Assembly (NCBI GenBank): GCA_030149205.1
Contig: JASBSB010000004.1
Location: 30,001-62,000, forward strand
Length of the DNA: 32,000 nt
Reading direction: 5' to 3'
Source: Candidatus Heimdallarchaeota archaeon
Lineage (GTDB): Archaea; Asgardarchaeota; Heimdallarchaeia; Heimdallarchaeales; Kariarchaeaceae
Each line of letters begins with the position of its first letter. Within the stretch, counting starts at the first letter, position 1. Of the stretch, positions 25,489 to 32,000 are shown piece after piece. Position numbers and translations under genes: made by a program. The notes beneath the pieces are model-generated. The model searched no databases and was not told the origin of the DNA. It saw only the letters and a program-made list of their open reading frames with translations.

Positions 25489-27325
25489 CTGATGAAAACA
25501 GTTTTAGCACCTCTTTGAATATAAAAAACAAAAAGGGTAAAACCACAAGAGAGTACCCTTTTTTGCTAAAGAAGGTTGCTGCTGCCTGAGGGTCTCCTTT
25601 TCCAAATTTATCCAGCACTGCATAGCTGACGATCTCTCCACTTGCTACGCCTGCGAGCCAGAAGTACATCGTTGGTGTCAGGGGATTATCAATCACATTG
25701 TCCTTAAAATCGTTGTAGCTCGAGATGAAAATATATAAGAGTTTAGCTAAACTCGTCTTAGCTGTTAATTTGTTCTCTTTTGCGAACTCTTCTAAGACCT
25801 TTTTGAATCCATTTTTACCCTCCTTGACTATCGTTTTGACTGCCTTTCCAGCATTATACACTGTATATGAGAATGGTAAAACAAAGATCAGCGCAGAAAG
25901 CCATCCAACCATAAGTTTGTCGAATTCATCAAGGTCTTCCTTTGTCCATGGGTTAAGGTTTACGTCAGCAAAGAGATACCTGTTCCTCTCTCTGAATATA
26001 TTTATGAAAGTCAGTAATAGTACGGCTTGTGATGCAATAAAGAGCCCTAGGGACGTAAGGGTGGCACCCAAGGGGCCCAACACAGGTACAGCCCCATTGG
26101 TCTTTTGTGATAACGCACTGGCAATATAGGCTGCATTAAGCAGAGAGAGCCCTATCCCCTGTGCCCAAACAAGGGAATCAGCACTTGACCCAGCGGGAGA
26201 AAGGGTCTCACTGCCGATGATCAGCTCTAAAATGGTCTGGAATAGATCAACTGTGGTTGTTTTGCCCCCAACCACCATTTTCATTGTTGATACACCAACA
26301 AGCTCTATGGTTATATCTAACACCTTGTTATCGATGTATGAGGTGAGACGGAGGCCATTTGGGATTAGCACGGTGTTATATCCGGGAGAGGTCTCACCAA
26401 GTGTTAAAAACAACGCATTAACGACATTTCGAAAGATAGAGATCAGACCCTCCATTATAGGCTTAATCACCTTGTTGACGAAGAACTCTCCGGCGAATTT
26501 CACCCCATCGACGAAGCTGGTGACGCCGTCCTTGATGGTCTGCAGGGCTGTGGTACTCATTGTCCAAAGCTCACTGACAAAGTCCACCAGGGTCGCCCCA
26601 GGCTTCCCAATGATGCTCATCACAGTGTTCCACAGGTTCTGCTGCCAGCTCCCCGCAACATCGATGTAGGTGTCATAGATGTGGTCAGCAAAGACCAGGA
26701 TGGCAACCTTGGCGACAGCCACATAGTCCAGGCCTGTATTGGGGTCATACCTCAGATTGTTTGGATGGTCAAGGTTCAGCTCAGTGATCAAGGCGTCGTC
26801 CTTCAGGATCACGTTTGCCAGCCGGTTCTGCTGGGGCTCCTCCTTGTACCAGTTGATGATGCGCTCCACTGAGCCAAAGCCATAGTCGTTGATCTTGCCC
26901 CAGACGAAGTCAAAGAGCTTGTACTCCCTGTAGATGACCACATTTCCAATCTTGATGTCATAGCCAAGCCAGCTGTTCAGGATGCTCTTGGTGTTGGCCC
27001 TCAGGCTGTTGAAGTCCTGCACCACCTTCTCCAGCAGCAGAGAGACATCAAAGACCCGGTCCTTGGTGGGTTGTGTCTCACTGGCAGTCTTCATGGAGGC
27101 ACGCGCAGTTGGTGGCACCTGTGCCGCCTGCTTCTCATTGTCCGGGCTCCAGCTGAAGCCTGTCCCCTTGATCAGGGCTGTCAGCACCGAGTGGTTGGCA
27201 GCCAACTGGTGACGTGGGGCAAACTCAAGGGTTTCCTGATGTTTTAGGATTTGAGCTCTGTATCGATTTAACCCGAGCTCAAAGGGTGTAGAATTGCCGC
27301 ATTGAACTCTGTATCTTTGATGCAT
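25481..27325 (-). CDS. Longest cassette ORF: extended GC-rich conserved region + anchor + FGKxDP-family CT (first module of the array)
   Basis: 614 aa. Region ~26480-27240 is visibly GC-rich and contains the full anchor. The C-terminal part is paralogous to 4330..5457 and 2931..3305. No signal peptide seen. Confidence 0.8.
   Translation of the reverse strand: MHQRYRVQCGNSTPFELGLNRYRAQILKHQETLEFAPRHQLAANHSVLTALIKGTGFSWSPDNEKQAAQVPPTARASMKTASETQPTKDRVFDVSLLLEKVVQDFNSLRANTKSILNSWLGYDIKIGNVVIYREYKLFDFVWGKINDYGFGSVERIINWYKEEPQQNRLANVILKDDALITELNLDHPNNLRYDPNTGLDYVAVAKVAILVFADHIYDTYIDVAGSWQQNLWNTVMSIIGKPGATLVDFVSELWTMSTTALQTIKDGVTSFVDGVKFAGEFFVNKVIKPIMEGLISIFRNVVNALFLTLGETSPGYNTVLIPNGLRLTSYIDNKVLDITIELVGVSTMKMVVGGKTTTVDLFQTILELIIGSETLSPAGSSADSLVWAQGIGLSLLNAAYIASALSQKTNGAVPVLGPLGATLTSLGLFIASQAVLLLTFINIFRERNRYLFADVNLNPWTKEDLDEFDKLMVGWLSALIFVLPFSYTVYNAGKAVKTIVKEGKNGFKKVLEEFAKENKLTAKTSLAKLLYIFISSYNDFKDNVIDNPLTPTMYFWLAGVASGEIVSYAVLDKFGKGDPQAAATFFSKKGYSLVVLPFLFFIFKEVLKLFSSVV
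26482..26695 (-). repeat. GC-rich anchor repeat, reference copy
   Basis: VFADHIYDTYIDVAGSWQQNLWNTVMSIIGKPGATLVDFVSELWTMSTTALQTIKDGVTSFVDGVKFAGEFF. Confidence 0.9.
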
Positions 27326-27370
27326 GGACAGATACTATAAAATAAAGACTGGAGCTATATAAGTTTATCC
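27317..27370 (-). promoter_or_regulatory. Cassette head (divergent variant)
   Basis: GGATAAACTTATATA upstream of TAT CTG TCC ATG CAT CAA. A second HQETLEF occurs at ~27225-27245. Confidence 0.55.
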
Positions 27371-27463
27371 AGTGGGAGTTAGATAACTGAGGAACCTCTC
27401 CCCCGTACTTTTGGTTCAGCCAGCCATCCACAGCTATTTATACAATCTCTGCTGAGGGGGGCT

Positions 27464-28366
27464 GTGGCGTTTGACAGCAGCTTCAAGAACATCCTGAAAA
27501 GACTTTTTGCAGGGCTTGGGGTGACGGTAATCACCGAGAGTGAGGTTCCGGTGGCAAACCAGCGTATCGATTTTCTCATCCCTAACAACCCTCGTCTGAA
27601 AGGCACCCCCTTTTTTCATGCACGTGAGCTGGTAATTGGAGAGTTCAAGAGTGAGCGAGACAGGCTCTTCCCTGGGGATCTGTTGATGCTGATCAGCAAG
27701 GCTTACAGCCACCTGGCAGTCAGCTATGGCTATGCTGGCAAGAGAAGCGAGCTCCCGAAAAGCGCACTCAATCAGGTGAGCTGTGTCCTGATCCTGGGTG
27801 GCAACAAGTCAATTGAGACGCTCTCACCGCTTGGGCTGGACTTTCAGGAGCTGGAGGCAGGTGTGCATGAGTATCAGGGACTGCTACACCTTTTGGTGAT
27901 AGAGCTTGACAAGATCAGGGAGATGGGGGATATGGATCTGCTGCTGCTCTTTGCCAGTAAACAGAGAAGAAGACAGGTGATTCAGGATGCTCTCACACAA
28001 AACGACAGGTTTATTAGCTCTGTTAGTTATTTGTTATATAAGAAGGAGTGGCAAGAGATGTCAACAGACCCCGAATCAATCAGTATTAAGGAGGCAGTGG
28101 AATTCTTGGGTGTGGCCAGGGTGATCAATGAGGTGGGGCTGGAGCGAGTGATCCAGGAGGTTGGGATCAACAGGGTGGTTGACGCAGTGGGACTGGAGAA
28201 GGTGGTCGAAGCAGTGGGACTGGAGAAGGTGGTTGACGCAGTGGGATTGGAGAAGGTGGTCGATGCAGTGGGATTGGAGAAACTGGTCAAAAGCATTGAT
28301 CCCAAGAAAATTAGCCCTGAGGTCAAGCAAGCTCTTCAGGATTTGTTGAATAAAATAAATAGCTAA
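27464..28366 (+). CDS. PD-(D/E)XK nuclease-like (Rpn/transposase-like) protein with C-terminal 9-aa repeats
   Basis: E-x7-RIDFLI ... IGEFKS catalytic-type motifs, HEYQGLLHLLVIEL segment and repeated VGLEKVVDA. GC-richer than its flanks. Confidence 0.75.
   Translation: MAFDSSFKNILKRLFAGLGVTVITESEVPVANQRIDFLIPNNPRLKGTPFFHARELVIGEFKSERDRLFPGDLLMLISKAYSHLAVSYGYAGKRSELPKSALNQVSCVLILGGNKSIETLSPLGLDFQELEAGVHEYQGLLHLLVIELDKIREMGDMDLLLLFASKQRRRQVIQDALTQNDRFISSVSYLLYKKEWQEMSTDPESISIKEAVEFLGVARVINEVGLERVIQEVGINRVVDAVGLEKVVEAVGLEKVVDAVGLEKVVDAVGLEKLVKSIDPKKISPEVKQALQDLLNKINS
28103..28291 (+). repeat. Intragenic tandem repeat, about 7 x 27 bp
   Basis: Units such as GCAGTGGGACTGGAGAAGGTGGTCGAA at 28184, 28211, 28238 and 28265, with degenerate units at 28103, 28130 and 28157. 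Confidence 0.9.
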
Positions 28367-28975
28367 GATCATCCATCTCTCAAAATCAGCTTTTATATCA
28401 ATTTATGTGATATTGGATATTGAAAAAGATTAATTTTTAAATTATTTCAATTTCTCTTTAATCTCGATAGTAAGAGCTCAGGCAAAAAATTTACACACGA
28501 ATCCGCTTCAATCCAAGGTTATTTTGGTTAAGATGAACTTATTGGACATACAGTCTTCAAAGTAATTAATATCTTGGCAATTTTTGCTTCTGGAATCCAA
28601 CCCCTTGCTGATGCATTAAACGGTGCTTCAAGGTTTGCCAAAGCAGCTCAATATGTCACAGACTTCTTAGGAGTAATGCAGATCATTAGAGATGCTCCTA
28701 AAGTCTATAATTTATAAGAGCAGCATGTGAAATGGGAAAATTTGGAACATCAAAAGTTCAAAAAAAAAAAAACGTTAAATCTTGCAATTAAATACTTCTA
28801 TTAGTATTGAGCAATACTGAAACTTAATTGTAATAAATAAATTATTGATAAATATTTTGAAGATTTAATTGGAATTATCTAAGTCAAAGTAAAATTCGAT
28901 AAAATATTGGATTATTTTGCAAAATATATTGTATCATATCTTAAAATTTTATTAACTTTAATTGGAACAAAACCC

Positions 28976-30376
28976 ATGAATTATCGAGTAGAAAAAGATT
29001 CGATGGGTGATAAACAGGTTGAGGCAGACAAACTCTGGGGTTCACAAACTCAAAGGTCTCTAGAAAACTTTCAAATCTCAGACAGAAAATTTCCTGTGAT
29101 TTTTATTAAGTCTTTAATTGAGGTCAAAAGAGCTTGTGCAATAGCGAACAAAGAGTTAGGTGATTTAGATCCAAAAATTGCAGATGCAATTATTCAAGCA
29201 GCTGATGAAATTATTGACCAAGACAAGTTTTTGGACATGTTTCCACTGGATATTTTCCAGACTGGAAGCGGAACACAGACCAATATGAATGCAAATGAAG
29301 TGTTATCCAATCGAGCTATACAAATTCTCGGTGGTGAAGTTGGTTCGAAAAAACCAGTTCATCCAAATGACCACGTGAATAAGGGACAGAGCTCAAATGA
29401 TGTGATCCCTGCTGCGATGTACATCTCAGCAATACGTGAAATAAAGGATCGACTGATACCTTCACTAGAAAGATTGATCAAATCATTTCAAATCAAATCT
29501 GAAAGCTTTAAGGACATAATTAAGATTGGAAGAACTCATCTTCAGGATGCAGTTCCTATGAGTCTAGGTCAAGAATTTAGTGCTTATGTCTACCAGTTAA
29601 GCGTATCTCGTCATGCAATTGATGATGCATCTAACCTTCTCAAAGAGCTGGCGCTGGGGGGTACAGCTGTTGGAACAGGTTTAAATGCCAATCCAAAGAT
29701 GCCTCCACGAGCTATTCAAATCATCTCAGAAAGGTTAAAGATACAGTTTTCACCCAATGGGAACAAGTTTGCACTTTTAGCTGGCAAAGAGGCAATGGTG
29801 GCAACGAGTGGTGCTTTGAACACCTTAGCAGTGGCTCTGCTGAAAATTGCCAATGATATCCGTTTGCTAGGTTCAGGTCCTCGTGCAGGTATTGGCGAAT
29901 TAAACCTCCCTGCTAATGAACCAGGCTCTTCAATTATGCCAGGAAAGGTCAACCCAACTCAGGCTGAGATGATGGTTCAGGTTGCTACACAGGTGATGGC
30001 TAATAACCTCGCAATTACAAACGGTGGATTTTTGGGGTTCTACCAATTAAATCTAATGAAACCTCTATTAGTCTCAAATATGATAGAATCTATAAATATT
30101 CTGACAAATGGGATGGATTCATTCAGAGTACATATGGTCGATGGAATTGAACCTAATACCAAACGTCTTGAGTCGTTTGTAGAACAGTCTCTTATGCTTG
30201 CAACTGCTTTGAGTCCATACATTGGTTATGATAAAGCAGCAAGCTTGGCAAAGAAGGCATTTAAAGAAAACAAGACAATTAGGGAAGTGGCATTAGAGGA
30301 ACAAATTATGTCAAGTGAAGAGTTAAACAAGGCACTTGATCTTACTCACATGGTCTTTCCTGAGAAACCACATTAA
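28976..30376 (+). CDS. fumC: Class II fumarate hydratase
   Basis: RVEKDSMG, QTGSGTQTNMN, HPNDHVN, GRTHLQDAVP and the signature GSSIMPGKVNPTQ. Start at ATG 28976 (the ORF track extends to 28907). Confidence 0.96.
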   Translation: MNYRVEKDSMGDKQVEADKLWGSQTQRSLENFQISDRKFPVIFIKSLIEVKRACAIANKELGDLDPKIADAIIQAADEIIDQDKFLDMFPLDIFQTGSGTQTNMNANEVLSNRAIQILGGEVGSKKPVHPNDHVNKGQSSNDVIPAAMYISAIREIKDRLIPSLERLIKSFQIKSESFKDIIKIGRTHLQDAVPMSLGQEFSAYVYQLSVSRHAIDDASNLLKELALGGTAVGTGLNANPKMPPRAIQIISERLKIQFSPNGNKFALLAGKEAMVATSGALNTLAVALLKIANDIRLLGSGPRAGIGELNLPANEPGSSIMPGKVNPTQAEMMVQVATQVMANNLAITNGGFLGFYQLNLMKPLLVSNMIESINILTNGMDSFRVHMVDGIEPNTKRLESFVEQSLMLATALSPYIGYDKAASLAKKAFKENKTIREVALEEQIMSSEELNKALDLTHMVFPEKPH

Positions 30377-30768
30377 TTAAGAAAACCCTCATCCAAATTT
30401 TCAATTTCAGTTTTTGCTTGATTATACCATACTTCAAGAAGTTTATTCATCTCATTTTTTAGGTCATCAAATGATATAGTGGAGTAGAGAAAAGAATGAT
30501 TTCCAGCTTTTCCTGTCTTAACTCGCTCTCTTTTCATGAGGTTCAGCTCAATCAAATGATTCAATGCCCTATTAATTCGGGTTCTTTCACCATTTTGCAA
30601 CTCATCGAGTAAATCTTTAATGGTTGCTGATTGCTTGCCATGAATCAGATGACAAAAAATTTGAAATTCTAAATGATTAAGACCATAAAATGCTTGAACC
30701 AAATCCTGACAACTCTGGTTTCCTCGAATTAATTCAGAAATTTTCAAAAGATGATTTCGTTCAACCAT
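30373..30768 (-). CDS. Archaeal winged-HTH transcriptional regulator (COG3355/TrmB-like)
   Basis: CQDL..FYGL..LE..IF..L, ERTRINRAL..L..L.LM.R, G..FLY and W..QAK.EI pattern. The ORF extends to 30816. Confidence 0.75.
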   Translation of the reverse strand: MVERNHLLKISELIRGNQSCQDLVQAFYGLNHLEFQIFCHLIHGKQSATIKDLLDELQNGERTRINRALNHLIELNLMKRERVKTGKAGNHSFLYSTISFDDLKNEMNKLLEVWYNQAKTEIENLDEGFLN

Positions 30769-30918
30769 ATGATAATTTGGGTTATCCTTTATATATAGAT
30801 AGAGATTGCCACACAACCATTCAGAGACACCTAAAATTTAATTAAATTTTCAGTAGAATCTTCATACTTTTTTAGTATCATTTCATTATCCTTAATTTGA
30901 AACTGAAAATATTATTTT

Positions 30919-31536
30919 GTGACTATTATTGAACTTATTATTGTAATTTCGCTTTGGTGAACTTTTGGTGCCTTTCACTCAATTCTAAGCACAGGTTTTA
31001 TTAAAAATAGGTTTAAATCCTCCGGTATACAATGGTATCGAGTTTTCTACAATTTTGTAGTTTCAGCTCAATTCATATTTATTGTATATTTTTATCCCCC
31101 AGAAATCAGTATACATCTGCTACCCCTTTCATTTGTAAAGGGTTTTGGATTGTTGGTATTACTTATTGGAGGAGGAATTGCACTCCTTGGTTTAAGTCAT
31201 TGGGATCTATTGAATTTTGCAGGATTAATTGAAGACTCTAAATCTGCAATCTCAACCAGTTTTGTCACCTCTGGGGTATATTCATTTACAAGACACCCCG
31301 TCTATCTGGGGAGTATGATTGCGTTGTTTGGATTATATATCTTCGCACCCTATGATCGAAATCTAGGGTATCTAATAGGAATCTCAAGCTATTTTATTGT
31401 GGGGTCTATTTTTGAGGAATGGAAATTGAAAAGTGTCTTTTCTGAATATACGTCTTACAAACTTAATGTTGGTAGATTCTTTCCATCAAATATTAGACAA
31501 CTCAAATATTTTATTAAACAATTTAAGAATTTGTGA
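30919..31536 (+). CDS. Isoprenylcysteine carboxyl methyltransferase/PEMT-family (MddA/NnrU-like) membrane methyltransferase, interrupted by in-frame TGA at 30958-30960
   Basis: GVYSFTRHPVYLG and EEWKL motifs. The upstream in-frame FGAFHSILS and WYRVFYN motifs extend to GTG 30919 across a single TGA. Confidence 0.75.
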
Positions 31537-32000
31537 TTTCTTGATTTCTTCTTCTGCTATAATAGATGAATATCCCAGACAGAGCAAAGAACAGTATGAA
31601 AATGTAACTTACCACAACAGATACTTCGGCAATTCCAAGCTTTGGTATGTTCAAAAACCCGTAGATAAACCCTAGCCTATAATTTCCATAACCGTTCATC
31701 AGAGCATAGGCAAGATAAGCCAGGGGATAAATAACCCAATACAACACATGTTTCCACCTGTAACGAACATTATTGGTCATAAGAAAGTCAAGGATAAATA
31801 AGACTGGGACAAAGAAATGTTGGGAGAAATTTCCAAAAGTCCAAAAATAGGTGTCTGTTGGTGCAATTAGTATTGAGTAGGCTATAAAGGTTATAGAGAT
31901 ATAGACAGTTAATGCTCCCTTTATAGGTCCATTTAAGAATTCTTGTTTTTTGGGGTTCGTCCTCCATAAGAGATACAACCCTAGCCAAATTATTACAAAA
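31523..32000 (-). CDS. Pr6Pr-family (FAR-17a/AIG1-like) membrane protein, 5' partial
   Basis: QHFFVPVLFILDF, YWVIYPLAYLAY and YGFLNIPKLG pattern. The frame is open to the window edge. Confidence 0.7.
   Translation of the reverse strand, partial: FVIIWLGLYLLWRTNPKKQEFLNGPIKGALTVYISITFIAYSILIAPTDTYFWTFGNFSQHFFVPVLFILDFLMTNNVRYRWKHVLYWVIYPLAYLAYALMNGYGNYRLGFIYGFLNIPKLGIAEVSVVVSYIFILFFALSGIFIYYSRRRNQEITNS

Noticed and set aside
1759-26669. Plus-strand ORFs over the anchors (1759, 8726, 15659, 26217, 17439, 4817, 25725)
   Set aside because: These are antisense shadows of GC-rich minus-strand coding sequence, with no independent starts or family signal.
1806-26695. Anchor repeats as DGR template/variable repeats
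   Set aside because: Differences are not limited to adenines and include in-frame indels. The repeats are mid-gene, and no reverse transcriptase is in the window.
26700-26775. NNLRYDPNTGLDY as an RHS core motif
   Set aside because: It resembles YD.ETGL.Y, but the following RYYDP..GRF..DP and any YD repeats are missing. An HMM search is needed before calling Rhs.
2057-27370. Cassette heads as CRISPR repeats or integron attC sites
   Set aside because: Spacing is in kilobases and the heads are coding or promoter-like. No RYYYAAC/GTTRRRY paired boxes or long imperfect palindrome were found, and no cas or intI gene is in the window.
28027-28372. Minus-strand and alternate-frame repetitive ORFs (28027, 28076, 28161)
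   Set aside because: They are by-products of the 27-bp tandem repeat in the nuclease gene.
28907-28975. 23-codon N-terminal extension of fumC
   Set aside because: Homology begins at MNYRVEKDSMG. The extension is AT-rich intergenic-like sequence from a TTG.
12088-30960. TGA reassigned to Trp or Sec genome-wide
   Set aside because: TGA terminates several coupled genes (10202, 18668, 25481, 6331), and comparable in-frame interruptions are TAA (8098, 16540).

Overview
AT-rich window, most likely from an archaeon. Evidence: BRE/TATA-type promoters, GGTGA-type SD motifs, a COG3355-like regulator and membrane LRR proteins; an Asgard lineage is plausible but cannot be proven from the sequence alone. 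Positions ~1-27370 form an all-minus-strand array of at least 14 cassettes that continues past the left edge. Each cassette has four parts: (i) its own BRE-TATA-like box with a short conserved leader peptide (V/M-Y-x-C-x-H-Q-E-S-F), (ii) a 5'-truncated copy of one GC-rich conserved coding 'anchor' (DVAGSWQQNLW..VMGLIGKPGATLVD..LQTIKDGVTSFVDGxKAAG), (iii) a variable AT-rich hydrophobic C-terminal domain, and (iv) a translationally coupled multi-TM membrane protein gene. This is the architecture of orphan toxin-CT/immunity modules in polymorphic toxin systems, here with membrane-type C-termini. Many toxin parts are truncated, internally deleted, frameshifted or stop-interrupted, while most partner genes stay intact. 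The toxin/immunity function is inferred, not shown. To the right lie a divergent PD-(D/E)XK nuclease-like gene with 27-bp C-terminal repeats, fumC, a COG3355-like HTH regulator, an ICMT/PEMT-like methyltransferase gene with an in-frame TGA, and a partial Pr6Pr-like membrane protein. No rRNA, tRNA, CRISPR array, integrase or reverse transcriptase was recognised.
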